A DNA stretch of 64,000 nucleotides. It comes from an uncultured Alphaproteobacteria bacterium (GTDB taxonomy: Bacteria; Pseudomonadota; Alphaproteobacteria; Acetobacterales; Acetobacteraceae). This document shows positions 30,848 to 40,238 of this stretch, piece by piece. The DNA lies in assembly GCA_963712195.1 (NCBI GenBank), contig CAVQHB010000014.1, forward strand, positions 10,669-74,668, written 5' to 3'. How positions within the stretch are numbered: the stretch's first letter is position 1; each line of letters begins with the position of its first letter. A program made the position numbers and the translations under genes. The notes beneath the pieces were generated by a model. That model was not told the DNA's origin, ran no database searches, and saw only the letters and a list, made by a program, of their open reading frames with translations.

Positions 30848-33232
30848 TTAGAATTCATCCCAATCTTGTGACGTGCTGGCTATAGCCAAGCGCGGCGTAT
30901 GTTTTTGCTGGAGCGGCGTGACGATCTTGCCCGCGGAGGTAGCCACGCCGGGACGCGGCTTCGACAACGACTTGTGTGCGGCTTGCTCGACGACCTTGGC
31001 TGAGGCGCTCTCGCCGATGCGGAACTGCCCGACCAGACGCGCCAGTTCCTCGGCCTCGGCAGCCAGGCTATGGCTCGCCGCGGTCGATTGCTCGACCATC
31101 GCGGCATTCTGCTGCGTCATCTGGTCCATCTGGTTTACCGCAATGTTCACCTGATTGAGCCCGGTCGCCTGCTCCTGCGCGGAAGCGGCGATGTCGCTGA
31201 TCAGGCCGTTCAGCTTGGCCACCTGGTCGACGATGCGACCCAGCGCCTTGCCGGTCTCACCCACCAGCTTCACGCCCGCGTCGACCTGCTGGCCGGACGC
31301 CGAGATCAGCGTCTTGATCTCTTTCGCAGCATCGGCGGAGCGTTGTGCCAGCGCGCGCACCTCGGTGGCCACCACGGCAAACCCCCGTCCGGCATCGCCC
31401 GCACGCGCCGCCTCGACCCCGGCGTTGAGCGCCAGAAGATTGGTCTGGAAGGCGATCTCGTCGATCACGCCGATGATGTTGCTAATCTGTTTGGACGATG
31501 CCTCGATACCGCTCATCGCACTCACGGTCTCGCGCACGACCTCGCCGGAGTTCTCGGCATCGGTCTTGGCCGTAGCGGCGGCGTTGCGCGCCTCGTTCGC
31601 GCCTTCGGCGGTCTTGCGCACCGTCGCGGTGATCTGGTCCAGCGCCGCGGCGGTTTCCTCCAGGCTGGCGGCCTGTTGCTCGGTACGGCGGGACAGATCG
31701 TCCGACGCCTGGGTGATCTCCCCTGCGCCGGACCGCACGCCCTGGGCGTTGTGGACGATCGCCTGCATCGTCTCCTGAAGCTTGTCCATCACCACGTTGA
31801 GATGGCAGCGTAGCTTTTCGGCCGCAGGGATGGTGAAGGGGGTGGTCAGGCGGAACTGAAGATCCCCCGCGACAAGCCTCTCCAGCCCTGCCGCGAACGT
31901 ACCGGTCTCGGACTTGACGACGGCGTCGTGAGCCTCGCGCTTGGCCTCGCTGCGCTGGCGCTCCTCTTCCGCGCGGGCGCGGCTCTGCGCCGCCTCGGCT
32001 TCGTGGCGCCGCCCCTCGGACAGGACATGGCGGAACCCTTCAAGCGCCATGGCGATGGTGCCGGTTTCGTCCCGCCGCTCCTGACCTGTGACCTTGCTCT
32101 CGTAATCACCTCGTCCCAACGCCTCGACAGACGTCAAAAGCGCCTCCATTGGGCGTCGAACCAGCAGAAGGACCGTAACGTAGAGCGCTCCCAGGACGAG
32201 GAGCAGGGTAACAATGCCCCCGCCGACCATGGCCCAGGTCTCCTGTTGAACGGGGGCTGCCAAAACCTTTTCCGGCACATCGATAATGATGGCCCAGGTT
32301 GCATTGAGGTTTGGAACCGCAAACGGGTAGATGATGCGTTCGACGCTTCCGCCGTTGATCTTGTGCAGGATGCGTGGTTGCCCATCGGCGATGGCGACGG
32401 CAAGCTCGCGGCTGCCTTCTCCCGCATAAGGCTTCATCAGAAGGTTAGGATCTGGATTGGTCACCCAGTTGCCACCGCCGGAAACCAGCATGACACGCCC
32501 GCTGCCAAAAGGTTTCATCGCAGCCAGCATCCGGGAAAGCCAGTCGAGACGGACGTCGATCCCCGCGACGCCGATCTCCTTGCCCCCCGAGAACACCGGA
32601 TAGGCAAAGGAGACCATCTCAATTCCGCTTCCACTATCGATATAAGGTTCAGTAATGACGCCCTTTCCCTTAGACGAAGGGAGCGTATACCAAGTTTGCG
32701 TATAGTCTGCGGGTGTTGCCGAATACTGGATGGTGCCGTCGCTCGCTTTCGTCCAGTAGGGATTAAAGACTCCCTCGGCATTGTCGCCAGGTGCCTTTGG
32801 GTCGCTTGTTCCATCAAAGCCGCCCGGCGCTTCCTGCATCCAGGACCCATAGACATCAGAAAAACGGGTCTCATTCATTCTAAGCATGGCGACCACGACG
32901 GCCCGGTCATGCACGTCCGCGTCATGCGCAGCCGCGATCGCTCCCGTCATGGAATTCGCGGCCGAGTTTTGCTCAGTGAGTTTTGTTGAAACCGCGTTAG
33001 CAACGCTTTCAGCCTTGGCCTCAGCCTCGGCATAGACTGATTTCGCGACGCGTATTTTGGTCTCCCAAACCGAAAGGCCAATCCCGCAGATAAGAATGAC
33101 GGCAAACGCACTGCCGGCGATGCCGATTAGTTTTGTCGACAGCGAACCAAAAAACACTTTTTTGGAATTGGAGATCGTAGGGTTTGTTTGTTCTTTCCAG
33201 ACAACACGACCATTCTGAATATACTGCGACAA
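30848..33232 (-). CDS. Transmembrane MCP with dCache_1 sensor and DWDEF pentapeptide; start uncertain
   Basis: TM1, FNPYW, WYTLP, TEPY, GVAGID, TM2, HAMP, MCP hairpin. Confidence 0.93.
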   Translation of the reverse strand: MSQYIQNGRVVWKEQTNPTISNSKKVFFGSLSTKLIGIAGSAFAVILICGIGLSVWETKIRVAKSVYAEAEAKAESVANAVSTKLTEQNSAANSMTGAIAAAHDADVHDRAVVVAMLRMNETRFSDVYGSWMQEAPGGFDGTSDPKAPGDNAEGVFNPYWTKASDGTIQYSATPADYTQTWYTLPSSKGKGVITEPYIDSGSGIEMVSFAYPVFSGGKEIGVAGIDVRLDWLSRMLAAMKPFGSGRVMLVSGGGNWVTNPDPNLLMKPYAGEGSRELAVAIADGQPRILHKINGGSVERIIYPFAVPNLNATWAIIIDVPEKVLAAPVQQETWAMVGGGIVTLLLVLGALYVTVLLLVRRPMEALLTSVEALGRGDYESKVTGQERRDETGTIAMALEGFRHVLSEGRRHEAEAAQSRARAEEERQRSEAKREAHDAVVKSETGTFAAGLERLVAGDLQFRLTTPFTIPAAEKLRCHLNVVMDKLQETMQAIVHNAQGVRSGAGEITQASDDLSRRTEQQAASLEETAAALDQITATVRKTAEGANEARNAAATAKTDAENSGEVVRETVSAMSGIEASSKQISNIIGVIDEIAFQTNLLALNAGVEAARAGDAGRGFAVVATEVRALAQRSADAAKEIKTLISASGQQVDAGVKLVGETGKALGRIVDQVAKLNGLISDIAASAQEQATGLNQVNIAVNQMDQMTQQNAAMVEQSTAASHSLAAEAEELARLVGQFRIGESASAKVVEQAAHKSLSKPRPGVATSAGKIVTPLQQKHTPRLAIASTSQDWDEF

Positions 33233-33269
33233 ATTTCACCCCCATGATCAACCATAACATTGCCAAGTT

Positions 33270-33296
33270 TATTCGAAATTATTGCTTAAAATTTTC
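33270..33296 (-). promoter_or_regulatory. Putative sigma28-like promoter GAAAATTT-N11-TTCGAATA
   Basis: Motif copy 3, upstream of the dCache MCP. Confidence 0.6.
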
Positions 33297-33518
33297 CTGA
33301 TCGTCGCAACCGCGACCGTTCAGCTTGGGCGGTGCGCAACTTCCGGATGGCGCCATCGGCTTCCAAGCTGTGGTGCAGAATTTGTGATATTTGCCCCATT
33401 CGGGGCTGACTTCGGGACGAATCGGCCCTGTGTTGGCGCGTTGACCCACAGCTTCCGCCTTCCCAATCCCGGAGTTGCCAACTCCACCCTTATGATTAAA
33501 AAGCGCGTTCGTCATCGT

Positions 33519-34739
33519 CTAAACACTGCTTGCCCATCTCAGTGCATCGAGCTGGATACGGTTGAATGCGTCCAGATCATGCAACCCCAGAGCGTCCATT
33601 AGCACCGAGACTCGGCTAAAATCTTCCAGCTCGCTCGCCTCCGCGAGCTGGAGCAGCAACCCGAGCTGCCCCTCGCGGTGCAGTAGCGCCTGCGTCACGT
33701 TTTCCTCGAGATTGAGCGGGATGATGATCTCTGACAATTCATGCCCGAACAGCGTGTCCACCAGGCTCAGCATCCCGACCATGAACGCCCCGTTGACGGC
33801 CCATGACCAGCCGAGCAATTGCGCCACCGTTTCCATCAGCCGACCGCGTATCACCGCCAGCTGCGTTACCGGGTCGGCGCCTGCACCCAGACGGCCTTGC
33901 CGCGCGAACATCGTAATTTGCACCAACCGGTTGAGCGGCGTTCGCCCGAGCACGAGAATTGCGCCCCGCACGCCGTCAATTTTGCGCGGCCGGCTGAGCG
34001 CGACGGAATTGACGGTCCGCAGCAACCGCATGGTCAGGTCCGGTGCATGCTTTAGCGCATCCTCCAACTCTTCGATCTCGGCATCCCGCGCGATCAGTGA
34101 AATCAATTTTAGCGGCACCAGCGAGGATGACTGCATCGAGTGGCCGGGTAGAATCGTCGGCCGGGCGAAAAAATATCCCTGGTATAAATCGAACCCTATG
34201 TCCCGGCAAAATTCATACTCTACGACCGTATCGATTTTCTCGGCGAGCAATTGCGCTCCATAGAGCCGAGATCGTCGCGCCAGCACTGTCAAATCATCCC
34301 GGCACAGAGCCGGCACGTTTATTTTCACCACCGAGATAAAGGGCAATACTGCACGCTGGGACTCGGTCAGTGCCACGACGTGATTCAGCGCCAGCGTGTA
34401 GCCACCCTGGCGAAGTTCCCGGCAGCGCGCGACCACCTCCGGCGTAAACTCCACGGTCTCCGGAATTTCCAGCACCACGCCCTGTTGAGGCAGCATTTTG
34501 AGTACATCGCTCATCAGCAGCGCCTGCGATACATTGATGAACCCGGACTTTCCGGCAAGTGCCGACTCAATGTCCAGATCGGTGAACGCGTAATTGATTA
34601 TCTCCGCACTCGCCGCGATATCATCAAACACAGTTGCTTTATTTTTATGGCTGGAGCGGAATAACAACTCGTAGGCAACCAACTCGCCCTTGGCGCCAAC
34701 AATCGGCTGTCGGCCAAGAAAAAAAGGGGCGTGCTTCAT
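33519..34739 (-). CDS. EAL-HDOD domain protein, EAL domain degenerate
   Basis: RQPI, AYELLFR, LAEKID, YQGYFF, HDOD region; DDF replaced by NHV and KID by KIN. Confidence 0.88.
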   Translation of the reverse strand: MKHAPFFLGRQPIVGAKGELVAYELLFRSSHKNKATVFDDIAASAEIINYAFTDLDIESALAGKSGFINVSQALLMSDVLKMLPQQGVVLEIPETVEFTPEVVARCRELRQGGYTLALNHVVALTESQRAVLPFISVVKINVPALCRDDLTVLARRSRLYGAQLLAEKIDTVVEYEFCRDIGFDLYQGYFFARPTILPGHSMQSSSLVPLKLISLIARDAEIEELEDALKHAPDLTMRLLRTVNSVALSRPRKIDGVRGAILVLGRTPLNRLVQITMFARQGRLGAGADPVTQLAVIRGRLMETVAQLLGWSWAVNGAFMVGMLSLVDTLFGHELSEIIIPLNLEENVTQALLHREGQLGLLLQLAEASELEDFSRVSVLMDALGLHDLDAFNRIQLDALRWASSV

Positions 34740-34794
34740 GATAGATTTCTATTTACAATTTCCGAAGACAGTCAAGTCAAAACAGCTGTTTCGC

Positions 34795-36038
34795 CAGGGC
34801 AATCGGGTGAAAAACGTCGTGACAAGCTGTTAAAAGTCTGAATCTGTACGTGCCCTCCGATTCGCTTGCGGAGGGATATCATGGAAGCGTTTTCGGCGGC
34901 TGATGGTGCGGGTTGCGAGGCGGTTGTATTTCTTGGGTATTTTGAAGATTTGCCTGACCCGCGTCAGCGCGGCAAGGTTATGTATCCGCTGGATGAGGTG
35001 TTGCTTTTATCTCTGCTCGCGGTGTTGGCCGGGGCCGAGACGTTTGTTGATATCGCCCGTTTTGGAACCAAGAAGCTCGGCCTTTTGCGCCGGTTCCGGC
35101 CGTTTGTGGATGGTACCCCCTCGCATGACCATCTGGGCGACATCTTCGCCAGCCTCGATGCCGAGCACTTCCAGCGTTGCTTCGTGGCCTGGGTTTCGGC
35201 TCTTACTGGCGTACCGGCCGGGGTGGTCGCCATTGATGGCAAGACCTCGCGCCGGTCGAAAGGTGCGAACGCGCCGATCCACATGGTCTCGGCCTTTGCG
35301 GCGCGTCAACGGCTTGTGCTTGGTCAGGTGAAGGTTGCTGAAAAATCCAACGAAATCCTTGCCATCCCCAAACTGCTCGACATGCTGTCGATCGAGGGGG
35401 CCATTGTCACCATCGATGCGATGGGATGCCAACGTCACATCGCGCAAAAGATCGTCGACAAAAAAGCCGATTACGTGCTCGCGCTGAAAGGCAATCAGGG
35501 CACATTACGTGATGATGTTGAATTATTTGCCACCGAGCAAAAGGCCCGCGGCTTCGCCGACAGCAAAATCAGCCAGGACACCACCGTTGACGGTGATCAC
35601 GGCCGGATTGAGACCCGCACAACCACCGTTATCCACGATGTCGAATGGCTACAAAAACACCATGACTGGCCGGGTCTGAGTGCTATCGTCGTGGTGGAAA
35701 CTAGCCGCGAAATTCAGGGGAAAATCGAACAGGAAACAAGGTTCTACCTCACCTCGCTTGGGATGCTGGCCGCCATCCTCGGGCCAGTCATACGAAGCCA
35801 CTGGGCAATTGAGAACAGTCTGCATTGGGTCATGGACATGGTCTTCCGCGACGACGAATGCAGGGTCCGAACGGAACACGCCCCGGCCAACTTCACCACC
35901 ATAAAGCACATGGCCCATAACCTGATCCGAAGAGCACCAAGCAAGGACTCTATGCGCCTCAGAAAAAAGGTCGCAGCTTGGGACGACGAGTTCCTCGTCA
36001 GCCTAATCTCAGCATAAAACTTTCACCCGATTCCCCTG
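34795..36038 (+). mobile_element. ISAs1 type A, copy 2
   Basis: Same IRs as copy 1; 10-bp duplication GCTGTTTCGC. Confidence 0.93.
34866..36017 (+). CDS. ISAs1 transposase
   Basis: Protein identical to 3323..4474. Confidence 0.95.
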   Translation: MRRDIMEAFSAADGAGCEAVVFLGYFEDLPDPRQRGKVMYPLDEVLLLSLLAVLAGAETFVDIARFGTKKLGLLRRFRPFVDGTPSHDHLGDIFASLDAEHFQRCFVAWVSALTGVPAGVVAIDGKTSRRSKGANAPIHMVSAFAARQRLVLGQVKVAEKSNEILAIPKLLDMLSIEGAIVTIDAMGCQRHIAQKIVDKKADYVLALKGNQGTLRDDVELFATEQKARGFADSKISQDTTVDGDHGRIETRTTTVIHDVEWLQKHHDWPGLSAIVVVETSREIQGKIEQETRFYLTSLGMLAAILGPVIRSHWAIENSLHWVMDMVFRDDECRVRTEHAPANFTTIKHMAHNLIRRAPSKDSMRLRKKVAAWDDEFLVSLISA

Positions 36039-36219
36039 GCTGTTTCGCGCCGCAGCTGTCGTTGTGGCGCGGTCATGTAAAACCTGGACCAAAGCGTTTA
36101 CTTCCATTCAGAAGAAGATAATGCACCATTGAACTCCGGGATCAAATATATTCATCAGTTCCTCTGGGCGGTCAGAAACAGTAAACTCCGCAGCTTAAAT
36201 AGTAGGTGTTTAGTATTTA

Positions 36220-36246
36220 TATTCGAAGTTAGTGGTCAAAGTTTTC
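36220..36246 (-). promoter_or_regulatory. Putative sigma28-like promoter GAAAACTT-N11-TTCGAATA for the EAL-HDOD gene
   Basis: Motif copy 4; now separated from the gene by ISAs1. Confidence 0.6.
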
Positions 36247-36410
36247 CTAATCGTCGCAACCGCGCCCATTCGGCTTGGGCGGCAGGCAGCTTCTGAATGG
36301 CGGCATCGGCCTCCAAGCCATGGGGCACAATTCTTGGAATTTGTTCCACGCTCACCGGCGTTCCTATCCACCGGGCGAGTTGGCGGTGTCTACACCTGAT
36401 AACGGTACAC

Positions 36411-37604
36411 CAGGGCAATTCATTAAACTGCTGCGATCATTTGTGTAGCTCGACTTCGGTTGTCCTGGAAATACTCGATTGCCCTTGTGGGTGAAGGTGA
36501 GACCCAGCGCAGGAGTTTGAGGGCGAAGCCGGTGAGCGAGAAGACATTTCTGGGGGCATTGTCGAGCCGGTTGCTATAGCCATCTTCCCCCAGCATGACA
36601 TCTTTGTTTCGATGCATGATCTCGATACCCCAATGTTTTCGGTTGAGGTTGAGAAGGTATTCAGGCGCTGCTTCGTCTTTGGTCAGGCTGGTGATGAGAT
36701 AGGCGGTTTCCTGTTGCTCCTGCCACACGCCCTTCACCCTGCGTTGGCGTGAACGGGTCACACGGCATATCTGGCTTACGGTTGGCCAATCCTGTGTGAT
36801 GCCAGCGGCTTGGGCCGGCAACACTTCGATCCTGCGCCGTTCGATACGTCCATGCGCCTTGGTGGCACCGCTATCGAAAGTGGCGAGGGGGAAAAACCGG
36901 CTCCGCGAATGCCGTTTCAATATTTTCTCGCAATGTCTTCTGGTTGTTCTTGATGGGAAGAAGGTAGTCTCCGCCAGCGTCAACCACCGTCTGTGCAATG
37001 GCCTTCTGGCAGAAGATCGCATCACCGGTGACAATCCGGTCGCGCAAATCAAGCCGGGCGAGTAGCTTCAGCGCGTCAGGAATTTCCAGTCCCTTGCCGC
37101 GTGACGCCTCATGCGAAAGGATCGTCTGCAGACCACCACAAAAAGCGGACAGCACGTGCTCGGCGCGGCCATCTCCATCCTTGCTTGCCCGCAATGTCTT
37201 GCCGTCTATGGCAATATGGCGGTCATCACCGGTATCCGCCAGCACGACCGCGCCCAGGATATCGGCAACGGCCTGGGCATCAAGGATGCGCAGTGTTTCG
37301 GTCAGCGTCGCGTGACACGGGGTATGACCACGCATAAAACCCAATTGCCGTTTTTGCTCGCGCGTCAGACTTCGCCCCAGAAGAAACGCAGCCTTCATGC
37401 CCCGCCGTCCACAAAGCATGGAAACCAAAATCAGACCGAGGATCGACCAAAGCCAGTAATCCCGCCCTTGTCGGCCACGCGGATCCGGGATCCGTTCCAA
37501 AACCCTCTTCAACTCCATCGACCAAACCTCAAAAACAGAGGCCCAACCAAATCATATAAAATCGCGCCGGATCAATAGGATGAGGACTTTAACAAATTGC
37601 CCTG
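36411..37604 (-). mobile_element. ISAs1 type B, copy 2, with split transposase (36871-37518 and 36423-37052)
   Basis: 9-bp duplication ACGGTACAC; same two ORFs as copy 1. Confidence 0.92.
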
Positions 37605-37766
37605 ACGGTACACAGCAATCGTTATGGTGCGGCCTTTCGCAGCCATAGCGGGCGATGGGAACCTCTGCCAGGTTACGGCACGCTCGACGAAATGGCTCAG
37701 TCGGTCGTCACGCTCCTGCAGCCTTATTTGCAGCCATACAATTATTAAACCAAAGTACGGGATGTA

Positions 37767-38110
37767 CTAGATCGCGTTGACATTCATTTGGTCCAGATGA
37801 ACGCGCTGACGAGGCACAAGATGGATAGGAATGCCCTCGGTGTTTGGTCGTAGCGTGTTGCGATCCGCCTGAAGTGTTTGATTTTCAGGAAGAAGCGTTC
37901 GACGAGGTTTCGCTCACAGTAAAGTGCAAAATCGCAGGGCCACTGTGGCGATGTTTTTCTGGGCGGAATAACTGGCACGGCATCCTGGTTCACGATGGTT
38001 TCACGCAGTGCCTTTAAATCATACCCCTTGTCGGCCAGGACATGATCCGCGGGAAGCCCGGCGATCAGTTCCTCAGCGTGGGTAATGTCGCTGACTTGGC
38101 CAGGTGTGAT
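37767..38110 (-). pseudogene. IS5 family transposase 3' fragment with right end
   Basis: LADKGYD, YCERNLVERFFLKIKHFRRIATRYD. Confidence 0.85.
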
Positions 38111-38118
38111 GCTCTCTC

Positions 38119-38153
38119 GGAACCCTCGCCCTTCAGGGCGGGGAGGATCTCAG
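38119..38153 (+). mobile_element. Orphan IS605 right-end hairpin
   Basis: GAACCCTCGCCCTTCAGGGCGGGGAGGATCTCAG, nearly identical to 51588-51621. Confidence 0.75.
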
Positions 38154-38181
38154 AAAATAATTCGAGCTGAGACACTATTAG

Positions 38182-38548
38182 AAAAAGGCCAAGGTTGCCA
38201 TCGCGCGCAAGATAGCTGTGATCCTGCGATGCATCTGGACCGACGGCACAGAGTTCTGGTGGACGAAGGAAGGAGGCCACAATGGCCTGATCCTCCTTTC
38301 ACCTATCCAGCTCCGCATCTGCGGAGGCGCTGTCCTGGCTGGGACGGCGGGTCGAAATCGACTGCGAGTAGACTCTTGCCAGCTTTCCCGATTAGGAAAC
38401 CATGGCGTTTCACACGTTGCAGCGTTTCATCCCTGACACCCATGATGGGGCGACCAAATGCCGCCCCCGAAGAGAACCGTGACGCTGGCCAAGACTTCCG
38501 CCTCCCCTGTGCGCTTGACATCAACATGCCGATTAGAGAACGGTCTGC
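38182..38548 (+). mobile_element. IS110 family 3' fragment: transposase C-terminus, long non-coding region and right end
   Basis: [24 protein letters not shown]; right end shared with 4555-4598 and 29498-29521. Confidence 0.8.
38300..38495 (+). ncRNA. Candidate bridge/seekRNA of the IS110 element
   Basis: Downstream non-coding region with manually paired stems GAAATCGACTGCGA/TTGCAGCGTTTC, TGCCA/TGGCG, TTTCC/GGAAA, GGGGCG/CGCCCC. Confidence 0.5.
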
Positions 38549-38716
38549 AAGAACTTTGCACCAGCGCTTCCTATCCGAGAACATGCACCACGGCTCGGAG
38601 GTTGATGCCACCAGAAGTTGCGCGCTACCTAGGCCGAGCGGGCGCGGCTGCGGCAGATCGAGGAGATGCAGAAAGCGCAGGAATCGCGCCACAGGCTCAG
38701 ACCAAATTGGAGCTAA

Positions 38717-40034
38717 GGTGCCGTTGATAAATAATTGAGTCGATATGTGACTTTGAGGGATTGGTGGATTCCCCTGCCGAATCGTCGCTGCTAGATTCGG
38801 GTTGTGATCGACGATAGCGCTATCCGCTTGCGATTTATTGCCCTTGCGCCAGTGCTGGACGAGCGCGGTCGGCGGCGTTTTGCGGCGGCTGAGGCGCTGG
38901 CCGCAGGCCGCGGCGGCGTGATCGCGGTGTCTCGGGCGACAGGAATTGCGCGCAGCACGATCAATCGGGGCTTGGCCGAACTGCGTAATGACGCCAAACC
39001 GGCGGCGCCTGTGGATCGGGTGCGTCGGGTGGGTGGTGGCAGAAAGTCTCTGGCGGCCACAGACGGGACATTGCTGAGGGATCTGCAGGCTCTTGTGGAG
39101 CCTGTCACGCGCGGCGATCCGATGGCGCCTTTGCTATGGACAGCCAAAAGTCTCCGCAATCTGGCCGCCGAACTGCAGGGCTGCGGCCACCGCATCGGTC
39201 ACAACGTCGTGGCCAACCTGTTGCGCGAACTGGGCTACAGCCTGCAGGCCAATCGCAAGACGCTGGAGGGGGCCAGCCACCCCGACCGCGACGCTCAGTT
39301 CAACTACATCAACGATCAGGTGAAGGCGGCGTTGGCGGCCGATCAACCCGCCATTTCGGTCGACACAAAGAAGAAAGAACTTGTTGGCGACTTCAAGAAC
39401 AACGGCCGGGAGTATCGTCCCAAGGGTGATCCGGAAAAAGTCAGGGTGCATGACTTCCTCATCCCTGACCTCGGCCGGGCAGCACCCTATGGCGTCTATG
39501 ACATCGCCGACAACACTGGATGGGTCAGCGTCGGCATCGACCATGATACTGCAAGTTTCGCCGTCAATTCGATCCGCCGTTGGTGGCAGACCATGGGACG
39601 TAAGCGTTATCGTAAAGCCACGCGGCTGGTGATCACGGCAGATGGCGGCGGCAGTAATGGATCACGCGTGCGCTTGTGGAAGCTTGAACTTCAGGCTCTC
39701 GTCAACGAGCTCGGTCTCGAAATCACCGTCTGTCATCTGCCGCCTGGAACCAGCAAGTGGAACAAGATCGAACACCGGCTATTCTCGTTCATCACTCAAA
39801 ACTGGCGCGGTCGGCCACTGATCAGCTACCAGACCATCGTCCAGCTCATCGCCGCCACCACCACCGACGCCGGCCTGACGGTCCGCAGTGAAATCGACAC
39901 CAATTCCTATCCCAAGGGCGTCAAAGTCGCCGATGCTGAGATGGACGCCCTCAACCTCCATCGCCACGATTTCCACGGCGAGTGGAACTACACCATCAAA
40001 CCGCAATCCGAAGCGATAATTTAGCAACAAGCCC
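38717..40034 (+). mobile_element. ISAzo13 family element, copy 1
   Basis: Imperfect 19-bp IRs; TAA on both flanks. Confidence 0.9.
38804..40024 (+). CDS. ISAzo13 family transposase
   Basis: LDERGRR, ISVDTKKKELVG, ITADGGGSNG, PPGTSKWNKIEHRLF. Confidence 0.93.
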   Translation: MIDDSAIRLRFIALAPVLDERGRRRFAAAEALAAGRGGVIAVSRATGIARSTINRGLAELRNDAKPAAPVDRVRRVGGGRKSLAATDGTLLRDLQALVEPVTRGDPMAPLLWTAKSLRNLAAELQGCGHRIGHNVVANLLRELGYSLQANRKTLEGASHPDRDAQFNYINDQVKAALAADQPAISVDTKKKELVGDFKNNGREYRPKGDPEKVRVHDFLIPDLGRAAPYGVYDIADNTGWVSVGIDHDTASFAVNSIRRWWQTMGRKRYRKATRLVITADGGGSNGSRVRLWKLELQALVNELGLEITVCHLPPGTSKWNKIEHRLFSFITQNWRGRPLISYQTIVQLIAATTTDAGLTVRSEIDTNSYPKGVKVADAEMDALNLHRHDFHGEWNYTIKPQSEAII

Positions 40035-40046
40035 TAAGGCGATCAG

Positions 40047-40073
40047 GAAAACTTTTGGCAATGATTTCGAATA
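40047..40073 (+). promoter_or_regulatory. Putative sigma28-like promoter GAAAACTT-N11-TTCGAATA
   Basis: Motif copy 5, upstream of the globin-coupled MCP. Confidence 0.6.
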
Positions 40074-40238
40074 TATAACAGCGTTAGCCCAAACGGCGGA
40101 GTTTGCTGCTTCTGACCGCCCCGCTGGAGCTGGTGAATGAGACTTGACTTGTTTTCCATCGCAGCGATCTTGGCCGACCAGAATGGTGTCATTCGGCGCG
40201 CCAATGTCAATGCTGCTAGAAAGAAATGAGAAGTAAGT

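Noticed and set aside
3302-36038. Inversion or composite transposon bounded by the inverted ISAs1 pairs
   Set aside because: Each copy keeps its own matching target duplication, which indicates independent insertions
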